From Alistipes sp. (GTDB lineage Bacteria; Bacteroidota; Bacteroidia; Bacteroidales; Rikenellaceae): a DNA stretch of 64,000 bases. Where the stretch lies: contig JAZOUS010000023.1 of assembly GCA_045658265.1 (NCBI GenBank), positions 2,266 to 66,265 on the forward strand, in the 5' to 3' direction. Made by a program: the position numbers and the translations under genes. Shown here one piece after another: positions 9,850 through 18,675 of this stretch. The notes below the pieces were generated by a model. The model was not told where the DNA came from. It ran no database searches and was given only the letters and a program-made list of their open reading frames with translations. Numbering within the stretch: the first letter of the stretch is position 1; every line of letters starts with the position of its first letter.

Positions 9850-11106
9850 TTATTTTGTCAAGAGATTTACATCTTTATATATTTCTATTCCTTCTCCGGA
9901 ATATTTAATAATATTATCAGATTTCATCTTATTGATAATTTTCTCCATATTTTTTACAGGAATGTCTCCAAAATAGTTTATGCATTTAGACCACAATCCT
10001 ACTGTTAATATATTTGATATAATGTTTCCAGCACACTTTAGAAATCTTTTAGCTATGCTTTGTTCTCTATCTTTCCTTATTTTTGTATCGACAAATTTTC
10101 TCATCATAAAGTCTAATATATGTAATGCCAATTGCTCGCAGTTGTGAGGAGCATATGTGGAACTTGTTACTTCAAACCACGAATTAGGCCTTATTATATC
10201 TGTGTCTGGAATTAGAACAGCAGAATAATCATCTGCAATGGTCCCTTCTTTCTTCTGCATTAGTTGCCCATTAGATAGCCTTACATTATCAAGGTTAATA
10301 GCGCTACATTTTTGTGTATTTGTTTTATTGAAAAAGAGCAGAATAGTTTTAGTCCAGGTAAACAGTTGCGCTGGCAGATGTTCTTTAAACACCATAGAGC
10401 CAACTGTTTGTATAGGCAAAAATTCAATGATAATATTATCGTGAGCACTTAAATTTGCGATAGCAGTTGCATATACACTTTTTGTACGTGCTACAACCTG
10501 ATCCAAAGCATTCTTTTTTGCCCATTTTTCGCACTTAATAGGGGTAAATAGAACGAGCTTCGCATTCGTACAGTTTTTAGAATTGATAGATGATAAAAAA
10601 TTATGAATATCATCAACAAAATTGAATTTTTCATTGATAATATCATCTACATATTCGTTATTATCATTTGCAGATTCCATCATATATGTGGTATCAACAG
10701 CTATGATAAAGACATCGTATTCTTCAATGAATTTGCATATCTCATCTTGGCGCATATTACCACTCTCATAGAATTCACCATTGACATCAGTGAATAATAT
10801 TTCCATTTTTTTGAAGCTGCCAGGGAGGGATAGCTCTAATCTGTAATGCCAGATTTTAGAGGTCTTCCCAGAGTCTACAAGTATGGTTTTGCCATTATTT
10901 TGTGAAAGACAAGATTTAATTTCGGATAATTTCCGCCTAATAGATTCCTGTTTCTCATTTTCATATTTTGCCAATTCTGTTGTATCTTTCACTTGCAATA
11001 ACGAGTCTATGGGTGCTTTCATAAAAGCATCCATAACTGCGGCAAGAGCAGAACTTTTTCCCACTCTTTGGCCACCCATCATCAAAACCTTTAACCCTTT
11101 CGACAT
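9850..11106 (-). CDS. TRAFAC-class P-loop GTPase (copy C)
   Basis: G1 GGQRVGKSS, G3 DVNGE, G4-position PIKCE; paralog of 12004..13170. Confidence 0.85.
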   Translation of the reverse strand: MSKGLKVLMMGGQRVGKSSALAAVMDAFMKAPIDSLLQVKDTTELAKYENEKQESIRRKLSEIKSCLSQNNGKTILVDSGKTSKIWHYRLELSLPGSFKKMEILFTDVNGEFYESGNMRQDEICKFIEEYDVFIIAVDTTYMMESANDNNEYVDDIINEKFNFVDDIHNFLSSINSKNCTNAKLVLFTPIKCEKWAKKNALDQVVARTKSVYATAIANLSAHDNIIIEFLPIQTVGSMVFKEHLPAQLFTWTKTILLFFNKTNTQKCSAINLDNVRLSNGQLMQKKEGTIADDYSAVLIPDTDIIRPNSWFEVTSSTYAPHNCEQLALHILDFMMRKFVDTKIRKDREQSIAKRFLKCAGNIISNILTVGLWSKCINYFGDIPVKNMEKIINKMKSDNIIKYSGEGIEIYKDVNLLTK

Positions 11107-11107
11107 T

Positions 11108-11971
11108 TTACTTGCCCCAATTTGTAATAAAATATGCGATTATGCCGATTATAGCAATAATACCAGCGATTGCTAAGTATACTAATTTTATTCTTTTTTG
11201 ATTCTTTCTTTCTGCCTGTGCCTGTATAAGCATCCTATTTGATTTATCTGGATTATCTTTGGGAAGAACCTTTGTAAGCGGAACTAAATTTACTTTTTTT
11301 CTTTGCAATTCCAACTCATCCAATATCAACTTGTCGGTAATTCCTGGCAAAACTAATAGAGCTCCTACTGTGTCTTGTTTTACAGATATAGCACTAATAC
11401 CATCTGTCGTTTCTATGCCTATTTGTTTATAGACCGATTGATTAACAAGTTGGTTAAACTCTTGAAGGTTAAATTTTATTCCATTTACAACCTTATCGTA
11501 CGCAAACATTGTGGAAATTTTTTTCACAACTGTGTTCAAATGATTACTCCAATAAGCTGCAATGGAAGCTAACTTATTTGCGTCGTTAGTATTATCAGCT
11601 ACAATCATTACTAAGAAAGGTATTGATCGCCCTGATTCATCCTTGTTTTCACCATTAATATCTCTTAATGTCAAAATGTAGGTATCGTTTTCTGCGTGAG
11701 TAAATATCAATTTATATCCACCGTGTGAAATCAATTTGCCACCCATAGATGGCAGCCCCCAATCGTTCGACTTATTAACTATCTTAATCTTGGGTAAGTT
11801 TTCCAAGTCGGATATTTTCTCAATGGCAGCTTTATCATCTCCCTCTAATGCTTTTTTCTTTTGAATAGCTAAAAGGGGGAGATAATATGTAAATTGTTCT
11901 GCCATCTCAGATGAACCAAGATACAAATCCTTGTAACCGCCTATTGAATAGTATGAATAATATCTTAACAT
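11108..11971 (-). CDS. Putative GTPase-associated adaptor protein with a C-terminal transmembrane helix
   Basis: YSIGGYKDLYLG, KDESGRSIPF; C-terminal LVYLAIAGIIAIIGIIAYFI preceded by basic residues. Confidence 0.75.
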   Translation of the reverse strand: MLRYYSYYSIGGYKDLYLGSSEMAEQFTYYLPLLAIQKKKALEGDDKAAIEKISDLENLPKIKIVNKSNDWGLPSMGGKLISHGGYKLIFTHAENDTYILTLRDINGENKDESGRSIPFLVMIVADNTNDANKLASIAAYWSNHLNTVVKKISTMFAYDKVVNGIKFNLQEFNQLVNQSVYKQIGIETTDGISAISVKQDTVGALLVLPGITDKLILDELELQRKKVNLVPLTKVLPKDNPDKSNRMLIQAQAERKNQKRIKLVYLAIAGIIAIIGIIAYFITNWGK

Positions 11972-12003
11972 AGCTTTTCTATTTTATATCATATATAGAT
12001 ATC

Positions 12004-13170
12004 TTATGAATAAATTTTTATGCGCTTGATGCCATCTCCTGTGTCTTTTATCAAGCCTCTGTTTGTAAGTTCTACAATAGTGTTATTTAGATCATTTAGA
12101 GTGATTGCTCCGAATATGCTTCTAAAAAATTGAATAATACTATTATTACTTTGATTCTTTCTTGCTTTATTGAGCATAAAACGCAATATGTGCAGTGCTA
12201 TTTGCTCACAATTGTGTGGAGTATATTTAGGGCTCTTGGAGTTGTGGTGGAACCAAGACGAAGGGCGTTCGATATCTATATTTTCTTTATCGAATTTGAA
12301 ATTGCCTTCGGGATCTGGGTTTAAAACATCTTCCGGCTTTTTATAATACATCTCTCCATTACCAAGAACGACTGTATTTTCTGTTACTTTTGAACATTTT
12401 TTAACTTCACCTTCTTGATTAATAATAACCCACGACTGCCTCATTTCTGAAAATACAATACCCCCAGCTGTCTGGATAGGTATAATTGATAATTCCGTGT
12501 TATCTCGGTTTTTCAGATGACTAATGGTTGGTGCATATACCTTTAATATTTTCTCGTTTACCTCATTTATCTTTCCTTCTTGAATCCATTTTTCACATTT
12601 GATAGGCACGAACAGAACAAATTTTGGAGCCAGCTTCTCATCTGATTTTTCATCAATTGATGTCAAGAAAGAGTGAATCGAATCAGTAACATTTGCAGCA
12701 CAAACCACTGAATCGTCATCACTCATAAGATAAGGCGTATCTACAATCACAACAAAAACATCACAATCATTAATATACTTTGTGGCCTCATCGGTGTGTG
12801 CGCCTCCGTGATCAAAGAATTCACCAGCAGCGTCGCGAAACTCCATATTCATAGTCTTATTTGTTCCAGCTAAGGAGATCTGCATATTATAAAACCACCA
12901 ATTTCTTGTAGGGCCTTTGTCTACAAGAAAGTCCGAAGGATTATATTTCCTAAGAAACGATTGCAATTCCAATTTCTTGATATTCAACGGCTCTTGCTTC
13001 TCCTCTTTAAGGGTAATCGGATCAATTTTTGTTTCAAGTATAGTCTTGTCTGCTACTGTAAGTAATTTAAAAATAGCAGGAGTATTTTTCATCTGGTCAA
13101 ACAAACTAGCCAATGCAGATGTTTTTCCGCATCGGCGACCGCCCATCATCAATACTTTTAGATTTCCCAT
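12004..13170 (-). CDS. TRAFAC-class P-loop GTPase (copy B)
   Basis: G1 GGRRCGKTS, G2-like GPT, G3 DAAGE, G4-position PIKCE; ATG at 13170 (GTG at 13173 is an alternative start). Confidence 0.85.
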   Translation of the reverse strand: MGNLKVLMMGGRRCGKTSALASLFDQMKNTPAIFKLLTVADKTILETKIDPITLKEEKQEPLNIKKLELQSFLRKYNPSDFLVDKGPTRNWWFYNMQISLAGTNKTMNMEFRDAAGEFFDHGGAHTDEATKYINDCDVFVVIVDTPYLMSDDDSVVCAANVTDSIHSFLTSIDEKSDEKLAPKFVLFVPIKCEKWIQEGKINEVNEKILKVYAPTISHLKNRDNTELSIIPIQTAGGIVFSEMRQSWVIINQEGEVKKCSKVTENTVVLGNGEMYYKKPEDVLNPDPEGNFKFDKENIDIERPSSWFHHNSKSPKYTPHNCEQIALHILRFMLNKARKNQSNNSIIQFFRSIFGAITLNDLNNTIVELTNRGLIKDTGDGIKRIKIYS

Positions 13171-13178
13171 CACAAATT

Positions 13179-14213
13179 CTATTTAAGGTTTAAAATAGTG
13201 TTAGTAACGACTAATTCATAGCCATTTTTGTTGTAAATAATATTCCTTCCCATCTTTTTGATTTCGTGGAAAAAATCTTTATCGTCTTTCAGATAAGAGA
13301 CAAAATTATTTCGCATTTTTTCAAAAAAGTTTGAAGGTTGCCGCATCAGCCACTCATATTGATTGGCCACATAAGTCAATAGGTAATAAAGTGGCTGAAC
13401 ACAAAACATTGGGGTGAATTTGGGATTTGTCCCATAGTATCGATATCTCGATAATTTGGTAACTTTACCGATGCCGGTTTGGTTATCTACAAACTGGTCA
13501 AACTCAACGTGTCCCAATGTTTGAATAGGCGTTATCGCGCACGCAATATTATTGTTTCGACATATCTCAATAAGTCTGGAATATGCAGACTTAACCTTTG
13601 CGTTCAAAATTTCCAGTTTGCTATCGTGAAAATATCTCTCGCTTTTTAGGGGAACCAGAAGAATCATCTTGTCTTTTATCGACTCAATATTCAACTCAAG
13701 AAAATGAGTAACAAGCAAAACCTCATTCTTGTCCTCATTGTATATGCCATTTTCTTCCATTAAATATGGCGTATCAATTGCAACCATTATGACATTCGAG
13801 TCACATATAAATTGTGATACTTTTTCAGGTTCAGATGTAAGAAATTCACCAGGAAAGTCTTTGATATTGATATCCACAGTATGGGCACGCCCTGATTTTC
13901 CCATCTCAAACGAGAACGTAGACTCAACAGATGTAGCCTCAATTGCTCCTGTTTTTGGAGTATCTTGAATATCTTTTCTATTGGTTATAATATTCTGCAG
14001 AAGAAGTTTCTTCCTAATCAGCTCTCCGCTCGTTTCTGCTTTGGGCCTAAAATAGATTCCCGCATCAGCCACAGTATCTCTCGCTTCGCTAAAGATAGAC
14101 GCCATTAACGATGTCTTCCCCACTGCTCGAGGTCCCATCATTGTTACGTTGAGTGTGGGAGTACTTCCTATAGTACCCCCAATTTTATCTTTTATTTTAT
14201 TGAGGAAACTCAT
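13179..14213 (-). CDS. TRAFAC-class P-loop GTPase (copy A)
   Basis: G1 GPRAVGKTS, G2-like EAT, G3 DFPGE, G4-position PLKSE; ATG at 14213 directly after the upstream stop. Confidence 0.85.
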   Translation of the reverse strand: MSFLNKIKDKIGGTIGSTPTLNVTMMGPRAVGKTSLMASIFSEARDTVADAGIYFRPKAETSGELIRKKLLLQNIITNRKDIQDTPKTGAIEATSVESTFSFEMGKSGRAHTVDINIKDFPGEFLTSEPEKVSQFICDSNVIMVAIDTPYLMEENGIYNEDKNEVLLVTHFLELNIESIKDKMILLVPLKSERYFHDSKLEILNAKVKSAYSRLIEICRNNNIACAITPIQTLGHVEFDQFVDNQTGIGKVTKLSRYRYYGTNPKFTPMFCVQPLYYLLTYVANQYEWLMRQPSNFFEKMRNNFVSYLKDDKDFFHEIKKMGRNIIYNKNGYELVVTNTILNLK

Positions 14214-14215
14214 AT

Positions 14216-16603
14216 TCAATTGTTCGTTGAGTTGAATAAATTAGTTGCCATTGCCGTTCTGACAGATTCTATGCAATTTGCCCAATCTGAGAATGCGGCA
14301 TTTTCTTTTGTTAAACTTTCAATTTCATTATGCCAAATCAAGCCCATATTATCTTGGTAAAAATCCTTAAAATCTTGAACTCCATTGATATTGGTGCCAA
14401 TTTTAATATGGAACTTATGTACTCTTGAATAGAATGACTGACTTGGAATCAGAGCAAAATCATTCATCCAGCTTTTTAATCTTTTTTGCAGTGGCATTAA
14501 TCGGCTTGCAAGTTCTTGCCATACTTGTGCGGCTTTCTTAGAATAATCGTGAGGATCTCCGCCATCATATGGAATAAAGTCTTCGTGATCCTTCTCTATT
14601 ATATGCAAACTATTTGTTACATTATACTCAACAAGCCCCTCTATGCTAATCTTATAATCAAGAACATATCGTATTGCATCAAACAATGCAGGATATTTTT
14701 CCTGTGGTATATAATTCTTAATCACACACTCCATCCATTCAGTTGTCGGTTCAATAGGGCAGTCTGATGGCAATGGTAACATTGACATTTTTCCTTGTTC
14801 GAATAATACTTTGATAAGGTCTGTTTTTACTTTCTCCTGCAAGGAATTTAAAACATTTTTGTTAGTCCCCTCAAAAGATTCAAATATGCCATTTCGTATC
14901 TTCTCAATATATTCTCCAAATACTTCCGATGTTGTTAACAAAACTCCACTCTTGAATCTATCAATCAGTTCATCTTCTGTTGGGAGATCCTTGTCTATTA
15001 AATTAATAATTTGGTTATATGCTTCTGTTAACTCTGGACATTGTTTGTCTTTGTTAACAGCGTACCCATCGTGATCGATATTGTTCATTTCGATATTGAA
15101 ATCGTGGAGCATAGGAACAAATCCGTCCTTCTCAAATTTCCATCCCGTAATTGAATTTAAAGGTATTACCTTTGACGCGGTTTGAAGAAGACTTTGGCAT
15201 AGGTTATATGCATTTATAGCCTCTTCCGATGCTTGACTCAATAAATTCTTATCCAAACTTTCAAGATTGCTTGCGATCATCTCGAGGTGAGGAACAAGAA
15301 GTTTGTCATTTACCTCCTTTCTGTCTGCGGCATTTACATCGACATAGAAGCCGAATGGCAGGTTTTTAAGAGCTAAATCGCTCAAAATATCTTCTACATT
15401 TTGAATATTGCGCTTGTCTCCATATGGAATAGCATTTATAGCGTATGACAACCATTTTTTAGGCTCTCTTGAAGCCAAATTTTGTTCAAGTTTAGTATAT
15501 ATGCCAATCTCCTTCTCATTTATTGAACCTCCCGTATTTGCAGGACAATACACGTCAATTGCTCCATCGCAATCCTCTTTCAATACCCTGAACATCTCCT
15601 GTTCCACGGCATCCGCATTTACCGAAGGGCCTAAGCCTACGGTATCAACGAACTCAATTCGGCCACACTCTTGATTGGGGAATTTACAATAGATATTAAC
15701 CGACTTGACAGCCAAATACCAATAATACATATGTCTCCAAACAATAGTCTTAATAGTGCCATCCTGATTTTTCTCTTTGATTCGCTCATTTATATCCTCT
15801 TCGGGGGCATCCTTAGGTAAGGATTCCCTTGTGGAATATTCACGATATTGAGCTACAAATTTCATTACCACATCTTTGTCTGTATGTGATTCAATACCTC
15901 TTCCCAGATATGGACCATATAAATGTCTATGCCCTATGATGTTGTTTTTAATTAGTTTTTCTATTTCAGTTTTATCTTTACCCGAGTATGAAGATAAATC
16001 TATAGATGCCAAATCCTCTAAAGAAGAAATAATAAAATTCTTCTCAGGCATCAATATTTTCAATTTTGCTTTTACATTATCAAGAAACTCTTGTAGAGTG
16101 TAAAACTCAATATCAGCCCTAAAAGGTGTGTCTGTATCCTCATTATGTATCACAGAAACTGCACCTGTACAACTTGTACCATCATAAGCCGGAATTACCT
16201 CATTAGGCAACCCGGTCATTGACTGCAGAAAAGTGCTTTTCCCTTGACGTTCATAGCCAATGAATGCAATACGGACAGTCTCTCGTTTAAATCTTTTTTG
16301 TAACTTTTTAAGACTGGATAAAGCTTCATCTATACGAACCAAAACGGCAACATAATCCAATTGTTTAAATGAGGCCATTGCATTTGGATCTGCATAGAGG
16401 GCTTTATAAAACTCACCACTCTTATTTGAAATTTGAGCGTCTGCCATTTTAGTATATGATTGCAAAACCAATATACTATCACGGATTTTCTCTAATGCTG
16501 CGATTTTAGCCTCAACATTTTGAAGATGGCCCTTGCCTTGATATGAATTTCGACCTAATCTCATATCAAGTATTTTATCTATCTGTTCATTAATAGTTGC
16601 CAT
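14216..16603 (-). CDS. Dynamin-like GTPase (795 aa)
   Basis: N-terminal helical region, G1 GYERQGKST, G2 TSCTG, G3 DTVG far downstream after a long insertion, long helical C-terminal stalk. Confidence 0.75.
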   Translation of the reverse strand: MATINEQIDKILDMRLGRNSYQGKGHLQNVEAKIAALEKIRDSILVLQSYTKMADAQISNKSGEFYKALYADPNAMASFKQLDYVAVLVRIDEALSSLKKLQKRFKRETVRIAFIGYERQGKSTFLQSMTGLPNEVIPAYDGTSCTGAVSVIHNEDTDTPFRADIEFYTLQEFLDNVKAKLKILMPEKNFIISSLEDLASIDLSSYSGKDKTEIEKLIKNNIIGHRHLYGPYLGRGIESHTDKDVVMKFVAQYREYSTRESLPKDAPEEDINERIKEKNQDGTIKTIVWRHMYYWYLAVKSVNIYCKFPNQECGRIEFVDTVGLGPSVNADAVEQEMFRVLKEDCDGAIDVYCPANTGGSINEKEIGIYTKLEQNLASREPKKWLSYAINAIPYGDKRNIQNVEDILSDLALKNLPFGFYVDVNAADRKEVNDKLLVPHLEMIASNLESLDKNLLSQASEEAINAYNLCQSLLQTASKVIPLNSITGWKFEKDGFVPMLHDFNIEMNNIDHDGYAVNKDKQCPELTEAYNQIINLIDKDLPTEDELIDRFKSGVLLTTSEVFGEYIEKIRNGIFESFEGTNKNVLNSLQEKVKTDLIKVLFEQGKMSMLPLPSDCPIEPTTEWMECVIKNYIPQEKYPALFDAIRYVLDYKISIEGLVEYNVTNSLHIIEKDHEDFIPYDGGDPHDYSKKAAQVWQELASRLMPLQKRLKSWMNDFALIPSQSFYSRVHKFHIKIGTNINGVQDFKDFYQDNMGLIWHNEIESLTKENAAFSDWANCIESVRTAMATNLFNSTNN

Positions 16604-16663
16604 ATATAGTTCATTTTTAAATTAGTTCATACTGAAAGTATGTATGAAAACAGTTATCTTAAA

Positions 16664-16906
16664 CTAAAAGTCCTTTTTGCACAATCGACAATAGTATCTA
16701 TTGATATTATTTCCCCAATCCTTAGTCTCTTTTAAAACTTCGTGGCCAGCTATATGACCGGCTGCGTGATGAAATAATCCTCCAATAACACAAGCCACTC
16801 CTGCACCAACATATCGAGCGCTTTGAACCAAGCCATATCCAATGTTGCCGCTAATTTTGGGCTCTGTGAAATGTGACAAACCGCAATACTTACACCTTAC
16901 TGACAT
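16664..16906 (-). CDS. Small Zn-ribbon protein with an internal glycine-zipper segment
   Basis: CKYC ... VGAGVACVIGG...AAGHIAG ... YYCRLCKKDF. Confidence 0.75.
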   Translation of the reverse strand: MSVRCKYCGLSHFTEPKISGNIGYGLVQSARYVGAGVACVIGGLFHHAAGHIAGHEVLKETKDWGNNINRYYCRLCKKDF

Positions 16907-16915
16907 AACGATAAC

Positions 16916-17866
16916 TTATATTAAAATGTTAATACTTCCCATCAATAATCCGAGCAAAGCTCCTAACCACACAATTGCTTTAAGCTCTTTATCCATTACT
17001 TGGAAAATTAGCTTCTCGGTTTCATCCATATCCATCTCGTTGATACGCGATTCTATGATTGCGGGTATGTTGATTGCCTCAAGTATTCGAGGGAGATGTT
17101 CGGAGATGACCGTTCTATACAATCCAATACAAGAGTTTGTGATTTGCTCAATCTGTAAATCCTTGCCCTGCAAAAGTCGCTGCATAGAGACTTGTGAAAT
17201 ATCATCAATACCTTTGTTGACAAGGTTTTCAATAATCTCCTCTCCATTAGTTGACAATATTTGATTGATATTCTTAGCGAGAAAGTGCTTCGCTGGTTTT
17301 TCAATGAGATTTGCAATTTGCCCCCAAATTGAAGAACCGATTAAAGGTTTTAATATTTGTGGGAAATTTATATCTAACCCATCTATCTTTAGTTTAGATG
17401 AAACGTGATTCATTACCGCATCCGATATCTGTTCCCCTAGATTGGATTCACCCAGTTTTGTGGAAACCTGATCTGTCAATTCGTCTTTCACGCCACTAAT
17501 CAATCTGTCAATATCATCATTTGTTAAATAGTGGGCGAGAAACTCGCGTACTGTTTCTGGATTATTCCTCTGCGTAGCAAAAAAAGCATCTATAGCCTGA
17601 CGAATTTTAGCAATCATTTCGTCGGACAAGAGATTCTTTTCCAATATTTCTTTACTCATCAGATTTTCACTGATTGCGCCACCGATAGCACTGGCAATAC
17701 GCCCTTTCTCTTTGGGGATGATACCGGGGGTAAAAGGAACTCTAATTCCAAATAGATATTTTTCCTTGTGAGGGCGAAATAACATTCTGATGGCTATATC
17801 ATTTGTGATATAACCGATTACACCGCCCAGTAATGGTGCTATGATATATGAAATTTCAAAACTCAT
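16916..17866 (-). CDS. DUF445 (YheB-like) membrane protein
   Basis: GGVIGYITNDIAIRMLFRP...PFTPGIIPK at the N-terminus; KELKAIVWLGALLGLLMG at the C-terminus. Confidence 0.88.
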   Translation of the reverse strand: MSFEISYIIAPLLGGVIGYITNDIAIRMLFRPHKEKYLFGIRVPFTPGIIPKEKGRIASAIGGAISENLMSKEILEKNLLSDEMIAKIRQAIDAFFATQRNNPETVREFLAHYLTNDDIDRLISGVKDELTDQVSTKLGESNLGEQISDAVMNHVSSKLKIDGLDINFPQILKPLIGSSIWGQIANLIEKPAKHFLAKNINQILSTNGEEIIENLVNKGIDDISQVSMQRLLQGKDLQIEQITNSCIGLYRTVISEHLPRILEAINIPAIIESRINEMDMDETEKLIFQVMDKELKAIVWLGALLGLLMGSINILI

Positions 17867-18118
17867 CTTCCTTACGTTTACTTATACTGAACATACATAG
17901 ATCTGATTTCTATCAGAGGCTAATAGCTTTATTTTTGAGACATCTAAATTATAGGCAATCTATTAGCATAAATATGACTCGCCCAATCAGCTGTAGCTCC
18001 ATTAGGCATTAACTATGGCAGTAAGTTTATGTCAAATTGCTAACATATTAGGCTTACAAAACCTTTTATCGAAATTACCCTGAATATCTATTCCCCAATA
18101 AGCGTTCGCATATGTATA

Positions 18119-18126
18119 CAAAGTTA
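18119..18126 (-). promoter_or_regulatory. Bacteroidetes -7 promoter element for the island operon
   Basis: TAACTTTG on the minus strand about 250 nt upstream of the DUF445 start. Confidence 0.45.
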
Positions 18127-18606
18127 TAATAAAAAGTTTAAAATAATGCAAGTTTGGATCTGTTTTTTGTTGCGTATATGTGTATATATTGCATAAAGTT
18201 TTGCGATTATAAATATTTATGCTTGAATCGCAAAAAAACGTGAGATGACCAACATATTTATTCGATTGCCAAGCGTGGATAAATACCCAACATCAAATAT
18301 TACATCAGTGTATTTAAAGTTTTTTGGCGGAGTATTCAGATGTCAAAGTTTTAATTATTGGGCGTTCCTACATCGCTGCACAATGTCCGAAGCTTTCTTC
18401 TATTCAGAAATGGCTTTACGTTTTTATGCGACGCTTTTCCTTAGTGAAACATAGCAAATTCAGGTGGTCGATAGCATAAAAAAGCGTAATTCGTGGGTGA
18501 TTGGGCATATTTGGACCAAGATTTTGCAAAATCCAGAAAATTGGGTTTGTTTCTGCGTGTTTGAGACCAAGTTGCTGATTAGCTGCGAAGTGGTTTTGCA
18601 ATAAAC

Positions 18607-18651
18607 AGAGAACCCGCCCGACAAGCCTTTTCGCTGTCGTGTGGGTTCTCT
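18607..18651 (-). terminator. Putative terminator of the GH39 gene
   Basis: agagaaccc...gggttctct stem just downstream of the stop at 18676. Confidence 0.5.
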
Positions 18652-18675
18652 ATTTTGGTCTCTTTTTTCGTTACG

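Larger units (their letters stand above)
1..18600. mobile_element. AT-rich genomic island; left end lies outside the window
   Basis: Clearly more AT-rich than the downstream core, with a sharp transition near 18.4-18.7 kb; accessory genes only; no integrase inside the window. Confidence 0.7.

Noticed and set aside
14216-16603. Straight assignment to Eleos/LeoABC or DynA
   Set aside because: There is only one dynamin-like gene, and its partners are small TRAFAC GTPases rather than LeoB/LeoC-like proteins.
101-17755. Plus-strand ORFs in the island (e.g. 2063..2413, 6421..6786, 16842..17264)
   Set aside because: They are antisense shadows of convincing minus-strand genes and have no recognisable motifs.
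18245-18601. Short ORFs at the island border
   Set aside because: No homology cues; more likely non-coding border sequence.
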